Assembly (NCBI GenBank): GCA_022843525.1
Contig: JALHNR010000015.1
Coordinates: 1 to 24,283, forward strand
DNA: 24,283 bases
Direction: 5' to 3'
DNA from: Methylocystis sp.
GTDB lineage: Bacteria; Pseudomonadota; Alphaproteobacteria; Rhizobiales; Beijerinckiaceae
In this document: one piece after another, positions 15,232-23,972 of the stretch
Layout: the number at the start of each line of letters is the position of its first letter
How positions within the stretch are numbered: the stretch's first letter is position 1
The notes under the pieces: model-generated
What the model saw: only the letters and a program-made list of their open reading frames with translations
What the model was told of the DNA's origin: nothing
Databases searched by the model: none
Translations under genes and position numbers: made by a program

Positions 15232-15759
15232 CTACGGATAGATAACGGCGCCGTCAGGTTGAATGACCGCGCCTGGAGTGAGATGGGCCGGCTCCAGACG
15301 ACCTTCCCCCAAAATGTGGAAAACGGTCTCCCCGCTGGCGATAAGATAATCGGCGACGATGCGGCGGTGGCATCGCCACCATACGGCTTCCGAACACATG
15401 ATGGTACAGCGCCGCTTGCGTCCTCTGTCCAAGAGGTGTTGGAGGCCTGCCTGAAACTGTGTAGTAAGCGCATAATCGGCGTAGTTGTGGAAACTCTCGT
15501 TCGTCCAGAAGGCGTTGACAGTCGGAGATATGCCGCGTGACCTTCCACGAAGGCCACCGAGGGCAGCCATATGTTCATAAGAGATGGCGACGGCCGCCAA
15601 GGCGCCGGGAAGCGTGTTCTTGTCAAACTGTGGATTGGTTCGTGACTTCGGAATCGTTCTGATGTCCGCGACAAGAGCGATATCGGCTTCGCGCAGCAGA
15701 CCGATGAAAGCCTCGAGGGTTCGGTTGGAATGGCCGATGGTGAAAAACGGAAGCTTCAC
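15232..15759 (-). CDS. DUF488 family protein
   Basis: FTIGHSNRTLEAFIGLL...IALVADIRTIPKSR...F...L...L...GISYEHMAALGGLRG ... CSEAVWWRCHRRIVADYL matches the conserved DUF488 (YeaO-like) blocks. Confidence 0.75.
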   Translation of the reverse strand: MKLPFFTIGHSNRTLEAFIGLLREADIALVADIRTIPKSRTNPQFDKNTLPGALAAVAISYEHMAALGGLRGRSRGISPTVNAFWTNESFHNYADYALTTQFQAGLQHLLDRGRKRRCTIMCSEAVWWRCHRRIVADYLIASGETVFHILGEGRLEPAHLTPGAVIQPDGAVIYP

Positions 15760-15771
15760 GCGCGGCCTTCG

Positions 15772-15981
15772 TTATGCATAGTCGAGCGCGCCGCCCTTAT
15801 GCGCTGCGATGTGATCTGTCTTGTCGCTTTTGATTTCGTACTGGGGATCGTCTTTCGACGCGTGATGCGTGTGGCCTTTATAATCGAAATCTCTAATGTG
15901 AATGGCGATGATAGTCCCCGACACGCGTCCGGCCTCGGAGTTCCAGCTCACATGATCGCCGATCTTAAACTTCCGTGCCAT
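15772..15981 (-). CDS. DUF2945 (HVA1/Tudor-like) small protein
   Basis: The 69-aa sequence MARKFKIGDHVSWNSEAGRVSGTIIAIHIRDFDYKGHTHHASKDDPQYEIKSDKTDHIAAHKGGAL matches the DUF2945 consensus (KFK.GD.V.WN...G...G.I...H......G.....AS...P.Y.I..D....). Confidence 0.7.
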   Translation of the reverse strand: MARKFKIGDHVSWNSEAGRVSGTIIAIHIRDFDYKGHTHHASKDDPQYEIKSDKTDHIAAHKGGALDYA

Positions 15982-17063
15982 CGCTGCGTCCTCCCGGTTC
16001 CAAGAAGCGCTTCTCCCAAACAGATGGATCCGAAGTCTACGCCCGGCGCCAGCACCACGGAAGCCTAGGTCGTCGGCAGCCGGAAGGTGAAGGTCTCCAG
16101 AAAATTCAGTTCGACGGCCGTGCTGGAATAGCTCGTGTAACCAACGGATATGTCCCGACCGATATCTAACTCGAAGTCACCGCTGCAGGTCGTGCGCACG
16201 ACGCTGCCTTCAATGGCGGGCGCCAGATGATCCCTCCGTCCACCATACGCTCAAGATGGTGAAAAACCGGATAGCCCTGGACGCTTCCGCCACTCGCGGC
16301 GGTGTAGGTGTCTAGCCCGAGCACGAGCGCGTACGGACCGTGTCGCCGGCGAGCCGCAACTGGCTGACCCGCCTGAGCGAGGCGCTTGGGTAACCCGGAC
16401 GTTGGAAGGCAGCACAACGCCCTGATTGCTGCTGGCCTCGCGAATGGTGAATGCCTGCCGCAGCGTACCCATCGGACACAGCGCGATCCTTTGCAAAGGG
16501 GATTTCCCGGGCACCCAATCTGAATCCATTGCGCCGCGCTCCACGTCGTCGATCGCTTGCCGCGTCAGACCGTCTGGAATACGATCCAGAACGACTTGCC
16601 GACCCTGAAACAGCAGATGACGACGGGGACGAAGATGACTGCTGAATGGGACAGGTTCACGCTACGGAAATTGCCATGCTGAGGCTGATCCTGATAGCAA
16701 ACAGCCACGTTACCATTTTGCCAAGCCTTTGTATCAACCCGCCAATTCTGAATCCAACAATGGGCACGCAATTAGCCGATGAAGACGGCAAAGATGCAGC
16801 TTGCGTGATCGGTGAGCAATTTTCTGTCTTTCACCAAGGATGGCGTCCCGTCTGATGTTCTTCCTGCTACTTTCACCATTGACAGGCTTAGGTCCGACTC
16901 AGTTATCCTTGTCACGGCGATCGAGTTCGCGCTCAACCGCCTGCGGCTGATGACCCCTGCTCTACATTGTGTCGGAGTCCGTCGTTGCTCTAGTCGACAA
17001 CCGCGGATGATGTCGCGTAATACCGCCCAGTAGCGATTATAGAACGGAGCGAGGGTGGCGATC

Positions 17064-18647
17064 ATGGATAGGCCGGCCCGAATGATAGGCTGGCGATTCC
17101 TGCTGCTGAATGGCGCGGCGGGGGCGGCGAATGTCGTCATGCTCTCGAACGTTCCGGGCTACACGGTGCTCGCGCCCTATGCCGCCGGCAGTCTGCAGGG
17201 CGTGACGCCGAGCTTCGGCACCTGGGCGACCACCGACCACATGGTGGGAATCGCGCTCGGCCTGCCACTGTCGCGGTGGTTCTCCGGGCGCTTCGGCGAC
17301 TATCGCGTGCTGATCGGCGCGCTCGTTGTCTACGCCATCTTCTCGCTGATGTGCGCGGCGAGCGAAACCATCTGGTTTTTCGCGCCGATGCGCTTTCTCC
17401 TCGGACTTGCCGGCGGCGTCGCCCTTCCGCTCGCCCAATCCGTGACGCTTGCGCAATATCCGGATCACCAGCGCACGCTCGGCGTCGGCTTCTGGGGCGT
17501 CATGAGCATGGCGCCCTTCACCATCGGCGTATTCATGGGCGGCTTCTGGGCCGAATATTTCGACTGGCGCTGGCTATTTTATTCCAACGTCTTGGTCGTG
17601 ATGCCCGTCGCGGCGATCATCGCCGCGCTGTTCTACCGGCGCGGCTTTCAGCGCCGCATGACGCGCTTCGATACGATCGGCTTCATTCTGCTCGCCGCGG
17701 TGCTGCTCGGCGTGCAGACGATTCTCAACATGGGCAATGATTTCGACTGGTTCGCGGAGCCTCTCCTCGGATGGCTGCTGCTCGTCGTGCTGCTGGCGCT
17801 GCCGATGTTCATCTTTTGGGAGTTCGGCGAACGACGGCCCGCGCTAGACCTGCGTCTGTTTCTGCATCGCAACTTCGCCATCGCGACTTTCTGCTCGATC
17901 GTCGGCTTCCTGGTGATTCAGGGCCTGCTCTCGGTGTTCATCGTGCAATTGCAGGTGCTGCTCGGCTACACGTCCTCGCTCGCCGGCATGGTCTATCTGA
18001 TCATGATTTTTCTGGCGATGGCGGCCGCGGCCGTCGTGCATGAAATCACGAGGAACGTCGACGCGCGACTGATCGTGTTCCTCAACTTCATCGGTCTCGC
18101 AGTGACCTTTGTCTGGCTCGGACAATACGACAAGAACGCCTATTTCGATGACGTCAAGACGCCGATGTTCTTTTTCGGCTTCTCGCTCGCGATGTTTTTT
18201 GCGCCGCTCGCTACCCTCGCCATGACCGGGCTCGTCGGCGAACGACTGATCCGCGCGGCGGAAGAGCTCGCGATGCTGCGCACCGTGGCCGGCGCCCTGG
18301 GCATCTCGCTGCTCGGCGTTCTCTTCTTCCGCCGAACGCCGTTCCATCAGCTCGATCTCGCCGATCATTTCGGCGGACGGCGCTTCGCCTCGCTCGACCT
18401 GCTCGCCACTTTCCTGGATCGCATGCAGGCGATGGGCATGTCGCCCACCGCCGCGCAGAGCCGCGCGGCGCAGCTCATTCGACAGCAGGCGTCGATCCTC
18501 GCGCTCAACGACGTCTTTCTGTTCGGCGCAATGGCGTTCATCCTGCTCTCGGGAGTCGTCTGGCTCGCCTATCCAAGCTACGCGTCCAAGAAGCGCAAAC
18601 AATCGCTAACACGGCTTTCCGCCGAGGAACTGATGGAGCAGCCCTGA
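17064..18647 (+). CDS. MFS transporter, 14-TMS drug:H+ antiporter (DHA2/EmrB-like) type
   Basis: The protein is about 528 aa with about 14 hydrophobic segments. It carries MFS motif A (SGRFGDYRVLIGAL), typical GxxxG-rich helices and a PMRFLLGLAGGVALP block. The start is either the ATG at 17064 or the GTG at 17055. Confidence 0.85.
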   Translation: MDRPARMIGWRFLLLNGAAGAANVVMLSNVPGYTVLAPYAAGSLQGVTPSFGTWATTDHMVGIALGLPLSRWFSGRFGDYRVLIGALVVYAIFSLMCAASETIWFFAPMRFLLGLAGGVALPLAQSVTLAQYPDHQRTLGVGFWGVMSMAPFTIGVFMGGFWAEYFDWRWLFYSNVLVVMPVAAIIAALFYRRGFQRRMTRFDTIGFILLAAVLLGVQTILNMGNDFDWFAEPLLGWLLLVVLLALPMFIFWEFGERRPALDLRLFLHRNFAIATFCSIVGFLVIQGLLSVFIVQLQVLLGYTSSLAGMVYLIMIFLAMAAAAVVHEITRNVDARLIVFLNFIGLAVTFVWLGQYDKNAYFDDVKTPMFFFGFSLAMFFAPLATLAMTGLVGERLIRAAEELAMLRTVAGALGISLLGVLFFRRTPFHQLDLADHFGGRRFASLDLLATFLDRMQAMGMSPTAAQSRAAQLIRQQASILALNDVFLFGAMAFILLSGVVWLAYPSYASKKRKQSLTRLSAEELMEQP

Positions 18648-18689
18648 GAGACCGTTTGAGAATGGTTGCGACGGAGATAGGGGCGTGAT

Positions 18690-19310
18690 TCAAGCTCGGG
18701 ATTTGAAGCTCGGCGTGATGCGGCCCCCGATGACGGCGATGAGCATGACGAGGGTCGCGACGCCGACGCGGGCCCCCAAGGTGCCCATAGCGTCAAGGCC
18801 CATCGCTTCGAGATGCGTGAGCAAATTCCCGATGAAGAGAAGCGCGAGAGCGGCAACCATGGGTAAGTTGCGCCAGTTCCGCCCCGTGGCGATCTCGCGC
18901 GCGACAACGAAGATAAAGACAGTCGGGAAAGCGAGATCGAGCGCCGCGGAGAAAAGCGCAGGCGTGCTATTCGAAGTCAGGACGGCGATGCGCCCAAGCA
19001 GCCAGAGAGCGACGAGTCCGGTGAGGGGCGCGCCTTGTAAGGACAGCCGACCAGTCCAGTTTGGAATAGCCGTCAGCAAAAAGCCCGCGACGACCGCGCC
19101 GCCAAAACCGAAGGCCATTTCATGCGCGTGCCAGAGAGAGGGCGGGAAGCGTGTCGGCAGTTCGGCCGTCTCCAGATAGGCGATGGAGAGCGGCAGCCCC
19201 ACGGCGGCCCAGAGTGCGGCAAAGAGAAAGAACGGACGGAATCCCGCTGAAAGAAAGATCGCCAGAGGGTTTTGACTCGCCTGAGCGCGACATCGCTGAA
19301 TCGGAGGCAT
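18690..19310 (-). pseudogene. nnrS: Truncated second copy of nnrS (N-terminal roughly 203 aa only)
   Basis: The protein is near-identical to the NnrS N-terminus: MPPIQRCRAQASQNPLAIFLSAGFRPFFLFAALWAAV ... WHAHEMAFGFGG ... GGRITPSF. It then diverges and stops after KSRA. The nucleotide homology to 10460-11084 is evident by eye. The remaining about 200 codons are absent. Confidence 0.7.
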
Positions 19311-20223
19311 CGCTGACTTCCCCGGAATGAACGCTCCGCGCCATCTAATGAATTTACTCGGTTCTTTCCTACTTCCTGTTGCGGCGGTCGCTACACAGCA
19401 AGCAGACGCGGCCTCCTTGTAATTTGTCCCCGAGCCAAGGGATCGGCTCGAGATGGAGACCTTTGCCCGAATCGCGCAGCGTGGGTAACGATACATCGAA
19501 GAGGGGTCTGCGTCATTTTACAGGATTTGCATTGCCAAAGCGGTCTTCTGCATCTCGATAGCGCCTGACAAAGAAATCGAATTTGGGCTCGGGCACGGAG
19601 TGGCCGAAACCATCACCCTCCGCCGCATCGCTCTGTAGTGTGTCGCGTGAATGACTTCGGCGAGACGGATTTCATGGATCCGCTCCATCAAGGCGCTGAA
19701 TTTCGGCTTCCTTCTTGAGCCAGAAGCGCCCGATTTGCTCGGCGATAATACGCTCGATCTCGGGCACGAGCCGAATGCGCCTTCCGGCGTTCCTCGCTGT
19801 TGTTGTGCGAGACTCGAAATAAGTCGTGTGCACAGAAAACGCGACGCCATACGAAAGTAAGGTTGACCTTGGGATATCGAATCGCCTGAGGCGGCTCTCG
19901 AAACAGGTCACGCCCGCTGGCGACCGCCGTTACAACGCACGGATTTCATCATTTTGCCCAGAGACATAAACCTCGACGCCGTCGAGACGCGAAACGATCG
20001 GTCGGATGCTTTCGGCGGGCAGCATTGAAAAGGCCGTAGAAAGCGCATCGGCGATCGTCGCGGTCTGAGCGATCCATTCCGCTTTACAGCCTGTGAAGAT
20101 GAAGCGTCGCTACCTCGCCGACGGCGCGATCACTTGCGCCACGCCGGTCATGGCGGCCGAAGAGCTGGGCGCACGTCGACTTGTCGTGCTGCCGACCGGT
20201 CACGCCTGCATGCAGGTTCGTGA

Positions 20224-20445
20224 ACTCCGCTGGATCAACTGGTGGAGATCCGTCGCAAGATTGCCGATTTAAAGCGGCTCAAGCGGGGGATGGAGGAAAT
20301 GGCGGCGCAGTGCAGCGGAAAGCGAACGCCCGAATGCGCGATCATCGACGCTCTTTTCGATACGCGGCATCCATCCGATGAACACCGTGGGCGTCAGCCG
20401 CCATCCAAGAGTGCGCGCGCGGCGAAGAGCGCCTTGCCGATCTAA
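20224..20445 (+). pseudogene. C-terminal fragment of a CueR/HmrR-type MerR-family copper-responsive regulator
   Basis: PLDQLVEIRRKIADLKRLKRGMEEMAAQCSGKRTPECAIIDALFD carries the dimerisation helix plus the C-x7-C metal-binding loop followed by (I/L)IxxL, as in CueR. A TGA sits in frame immediately upstream, and no HTH N-domain lies in any frame upstream. Confidence 0.5.
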
Positions 20446-21220
20446 AACGCTGTCACGGCTGTCGGCTGGCGTCCCTCGCTGGCATCTGCCGAATTGGGCC
20501 GGTTAGATGAACGAACGGGGTGACAAAAACTGTCGATGTTGCGGAGCCGCTCAAGGCGATTAGGCGCCATAACCTGGCGCAACAACTTTCGTCTGAATTT
20601 CCAAACGGCGGCGAATGGCGCCGCCGGCTCATGTTTCTCGCTTCTTCCGTTCCTTTCGTGCGCCTCTTCTGATTGCGTCATCGCCGGCGCAAGCCGAGTG
20701 CTCGTCTGTTCAGATCTTGACCGGGATCGCCGCTGTTTTTGCACTCCGCATCGTTGAGCCGCTTCGTTTATCGGTCACCTTCGTACGCCGCGGAATTGCG
20801 GGCGTCGTTGTTCCCCAAAGTCGTTTTGCCTGGCGCAGTGCCTATTCTTTGCCGGTTGGACCCGTGATTGTGGACTGCCGTGAGATCGAAGCGAGCCCCT
20901 CGTCAAGGTTCACGAGGTCTGATTTCCCGACGATCGGAATTCGCAGCGACTTTCCCATCGCTCTCCGTTGCGCCCGCCCGCCTCCGTTGCATGGCGTTTG
21001 GTCCTATGGCCGCAGTCGCCACCCAAAACCCTGCGGCCGCAACGATTTTCCCCTTGGCGCTCAAGCGCCAATTCCTCGCGCAACAAAATCGCCGCGGCCT
21101 TAGGGTCCTCCGCTTCTCACTTCGGCCTCGCGCTTTCCGGCGCTTCGGTTATGGCGTCGCCTTTTGCGGCCATCACGGACAGCCATCGCAACCGGGGCAA
21201 ACGCCCCAACGATGGAGAGC

Positions 21221-21593
21221 ATGATGAAGACTTTCGCGGAATTCCAAATCCTCGGCCGCATCAACAAGGCAGACGACACGCGTTTCGATCTGCGCCAACT
21301 ACGCATTCAAGGACCGCAACGGCGAGACGAAGGACAAGCCCTATTGGAACGAGATTACGATCTGGAGCGAGAGCGCGCGCAAATACGTCTGTGACTATGC
21401 GAAGCCCGGCGATCTCGTTGTAGCGCGCGGCACGCTGAAGCAGGGAAGCTTCGAGACGGACGGCGAGAAGGTCTATACTGTCGACCTCAACTGCGACGAC
21501 TTCTCGATCCTCGCCTCCGCTAAGATGGACAAGTCCGACGAGGAAACCGAGGCGGCGCCCGAGATGACGAAGAAGACCGCAAGACGCAAGTGA
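21221..21593 (+). pseudogene. ssb: SSB-like OB-fold single-stranded DNA-binding protein, apparently frameshifted
   Basis: Frame a (MMKTFAEFQILGRINKADDTRF) resembles the SSB N-terminus (ILIGRLG.DPELRY). Frame b, from about 21285, continues ICANYAFKDRNGETKDKPYWNEITIWSESARKYVCDYAKPGDLVVARGTLKQGSFETDGEKVYTVDLNCDDFSIL plus an acidic tail. Compare SSB (ATNERWKDKNGE..ERTEWHRVV.W...AE....YLKKGS.V.VEG.L..R.W). A GGAGAG Shine-Dalgarno precedes the ATG at 21221. Confidence 0.5.
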
Positions 21594-21600
21594 ATCGAAC

Positions 21601-21625
21601 GAGGGGCGGCGAACGCCGCCCCTCG
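21601..21625 (+). terminator. Perfect GC-rich hairpin immediately after the ssb-like stop (intrinsic-terminator-like)
   Basis: GAGGGGCGGCG-aac-GCCGCCCCTC forms an 11-bp perfect stem with a 3-nt loop, 8 nt after the TGA at 21591-21593. No strong U-tract follows, which is common in high-GC genomes. Confidence 0.5.
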
Positions 21626-21658
21626 TCCAGCTCGTATATCTTGCATAGGGCGGTCCGA

Positions 21659-21905
21659 GTTTGTCCCGGACAAACGTTTTAGACTAGGCCTTGCCTTTAG
21701 AGCTCCCCAGAGCACGACAAGACTTTTCAGCAGTTTGCCCAAGGCAAACTTTTCGCCGCTCGCCGCGCAGGGGCGGGCCGAGTTTGTCCAGGACAACCTT
21801 TTTCGGCGACGCCAAATGTTGATCTCAGATTTTTCCAAGCGGTGAGATTGAGTTTCCCTGGGGCAAACATTCCCGCTTGGTTGCTGGAGTTTGTCCGGGA
21901 CAAAC
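21659..21905. repeat. Array of five related palindromes GTTTG(T/C)CC-N1-3-GG(A/G)CAAAC (parS/iteron-like) upstream of parAB
   Basis: Copies lie at 21659-21675 (GTTTGTCCcGGACAAAC), 21733-21749 (GTTTGCCcaaGGCAAAC), 21782-21797 (GTTTGTCCaGGACAAC), 21852-21868 (GTTTCCCtgGGGCAAAC) and 21889-21905 (GTTTGTCCgGGACAAAC). Each is preceded by (G/C)AG and followed by a T-tract. Copies 1 and 5 are additionally embedded in a longer roughly 70-bp direct repeat (..GGCCTTGCCTTyAGAGCyCCC..). Confidence 0.55.
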
Positions 21906-22084
21906 TTTTTTGGCGCCGGGCCTTGCCTTCAGAGCCCCCGAAAAGGCGACAAAGCTCGTGAGTCCAGCTTGCCCGGGGTAAGGACTTCGACGCCCTGGCG
22001 GGCGCAAATGACCGCTTGCCTCTCTTACCCCCGTGAAATTTTGCAGTGGTTCTCATTCGGCGCGCCGGGGCAAAAACTCCGGCG

Positions 22085-22098
22085 TCGAATCGATTCGA
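22085..22098. promoter_or_regulatory. 14-bp perfect palindrome TCGAATCGATTCGA about 70 bp upstream of parA (candidate operator)
   Basis: The 14-mer equals its own reverse complement. An overlapping GAATCGA repeat extends it (gtcgaatcgattcgaatcgac). It is positioned in the parA promoter-proximal region. Confidence 0.4.
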
Positions 22099-22168
22099 AT
22101 CGACAGAGCCAGAGGAGACAGACTATGACGGCCGCCAATCGAGATTGTCGTGACGACCGAGCAGCCTC

Positions 22169-22917
22169 ATGAAGGCGCTCGTCGTGAACAATGAGAAGGG
22201 CGGCGTCGGCAAGAGCACGATCGCCGTGCATCTCGCCTGGTATTTTGCAGAGCGCGGTAAACGCGTTCTTTTCCTCGACCTCGATCCACAGAGCAATGGC
22301 ACAACGACGCTTGCGGCGCATGCTGTTGGGATCGACGCCGCTGCCCTCTTTGCGCGCCCGGTCGCCGTTCCATCGATGGCGAGCGCTGGCATTCGGGTCC
22401 TGGGCGGCAGCGCCGCCTTGCGCGGCATCGTCGCCGTAGACGGCAAGCTAATCGAACAATTCCGCTCCAATATTAAAGACGCGTCGCGCGCCTATGACAT
22501 TGCGGTCATCGACACGCCGCCAACCTTCGGCGTGCGCAATCTCGCGGCGTTGATCGCAGGTCAGTTCGTGCTGGCGTCGATCGACCTCGACGACTACGCC
22601 TCGAGGGCATTGAAACGCTGCTCAAGCACATCCTCGGCGTGAAGCAGAAATACAATTCCGGCCTCGAGATCCTCGGACTGATCCCCAATTGGCTGCAGAC
22701 AACCTCGCCGCACCAGCGGGAGAATTTGAAGAGCCTCGTCCAGAGGTTCGGCACGAAATACCTGTTCGACGGCGTGATCCCGCAACGCTCGTAGATCGGC
22801 GAGGCGTTGGCGGAGAAAAAGCCGGTCTGGAACTTACCGAAGACAGCGGCGCGCGAGGCCGGCCGCGAGATGCGCATCGTATTCGACAAGCTCGCGACGA
22901 AAATGGAGATGGCATGA
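22169..22917 (+). pseudogene. parA: ParA/Soj-family partition ATPase carrying a 1-nt frameshift and an in-frame TAG
   Basis: The N-terminus MKALVVNNEKGGVGKSTIAVHLA has the deviant Walker A. After DLDDY the ParA sequence continues only in the -1 frame: LEGIETLLKHILGVKQKYNSGLEILGLIPNWLQ...VIPQRS. A TAG at 22792-22794 follows, then IGEALAEKKPVWNL, which matches the canonical VIPRNVRLSEAPSHGKPV. The frame switch is consistent with a missing C in the CCC run near 22600. Confidence 0.7.
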
Positions 22918-23972
22918 GCTACGCTCGCAAACTCGATGATGTCGCGTTGCTGCTGGACGAACTCGAGGGCCTCGAATCGTCTGCCTCGAGCGGCAAGCCT
23001 CTCGAAATCCCGCTTTCGTCAATCGAGGAAGACCCAGATCAGCCGCGGCGCGCTTTCGACGCCGAGACGCTGGAGGAGCTCGCGGCCTCAATCCGGGAAC
23101 GCGGCGTCCTTCAACCGATCGGCCTCACTCCAGTGGGTCTCAATGGAATGCACCGAACCGTCTTCGGGGCGCGGCGCTTTCGGGCGGCGCAACTCGCTGG
23201 CCGCGCGACGATCGCGGCGTTCATTCATTCGGGAGAGGCCAGCGACCCTTACGACCAGATGATCGAGAATATCCAGTGGGACGACGTTTGGGCCGCGGAT
23301 ATCGCCGCATTCATTGCTTCCCGCCTTGCGGCGGGCGAGAAGCAGAAGGACATCGCGCTGCGGCTCGGCAAGGACAAGAGCTATATCGCCATGTATGCGG
23401 CTGTCGCGCAAATGGCGCCCGTGCTGCGAGAGCGGTTAACGACCTCGCCGATCCGCGCCGTCTATGAATTGCATCAGATGTGGAGAAAGTTTCCGCGGGC
23501 CGTCGAGGCGTTTTGCGCGCAACATGACTCGTTCACCCGCGTACAAGTGGTCGCATTTTGCGAAGGTCTGAGCGGTCGGCCGCCGCGGACTGATGATTCG
23601 CCGCTGAGTGACGAACTGCATGACGCAGCCAATCCACATGACGACGGGGCCTTGCCGGGCGCGGATCGAAAGTTGAATTGCGCTCCGCAGGGACGGAAGC
23701 GTCGAACTCGGTCGGCTAGATCCATCCGGATGCGCTCGCGACGAAGCGCGGCGCCATTCGACACGACCAGAGCGACGGGCGTCCGAAGTGGCGCTGGCGA
23801 CGTTACGTGTCGAGCATGGGCAGCGTTACGGGCGGCTGTTGTTGGAGTGCGGATCGAGCAAGAGCGAGGCGCACGGTCTGGTCTTCTCTTCGAAGACGAC
23901 GGCACGGTCGAGGATGCGCCTCTCGCTGCGTTGCGGCTCGTGTCGCTGAAGATAGGCCTAGCGAATTCGTGA
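22914..23972 (+). CDS. parB: ParB/RepB-family partition protein
   Basis: The ATG overlaps the parA stop (ATGA). The ParB box is present: EIPLSSIEEDPDQPRRAFDAETLEELAASIRERGVLQPIG ... FGARRFRAAQLAG. An HTH-like middle region follows. The C-terminal roughly 120 aa are Arg/Ala-rich and of low complexity. Confidence 0.65.
   Translation: MSYARKLDDVALLLDELEGLESSASSGKPLEIPLSSIEEDPDQPRRAFDAETLEELAASIRERGVLQPIGLTPVGLNGMHRTVFGARRFRAAQLAGRATIAAFIHSGEASDPYDQMIENIQWDDVWAADIAAFIASRLAAGEKQKDIALRLGKDKSYIAMYAAVAQMAPVLRERLTTSPIRAVYELHQMWRKFPRAVEAFCAQHDSFTRVQVVAFCEGLSGRPPRTDDSPLSDELHDAANPHDDGALPGADRKLNCAPQGRKRRTRSARSIRMRSRRSAAPFDTTRATGVRSGAGDVTCRAWAALRAAVVGVRIEQERGARSGLLFEDDGTVEDAPLAALRLVSLKIGLANS

Noticed and set aside
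14812-15674. ORFs 14812..15540 (+, 242 aa) and 15054..15674 (-, 206 aa)
   Set aside because: They span the intergenic repeats and hairpin, and they overlap the well-supported DUF488 gene in other frames. They have no motifs, so they are likely spurious.
17844-18602. 252-aa minus-strand ORF within the MFS transporter gene
   Set aside because: It has an extremely charged (E/R/D/H) composition and lies antisense to a well-supported 14-TMS transporter, so it is a shadow ORF.
20460-21160. Overlapping ORFs 20615..21103, 20868..21224, 20968..21423 and 20442..20744 (minus)
   Set aside because: They are mutually overlapping and Arg/Pro/Ser-rich with no motifs. The region only shows small palindromes such as TTGGCGCT-ca-AGCGCCAA at about 21052-21069, so it is probably non-coding or too decayed to call.
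22689-22913. N-terminal 75 codons of the long ORF 22689..23972
   Set aside because: This stretch is the out-of-frame overlap with the parA 3' region. ParB homology and a canonical ATGA-coupled start begin at 22914.
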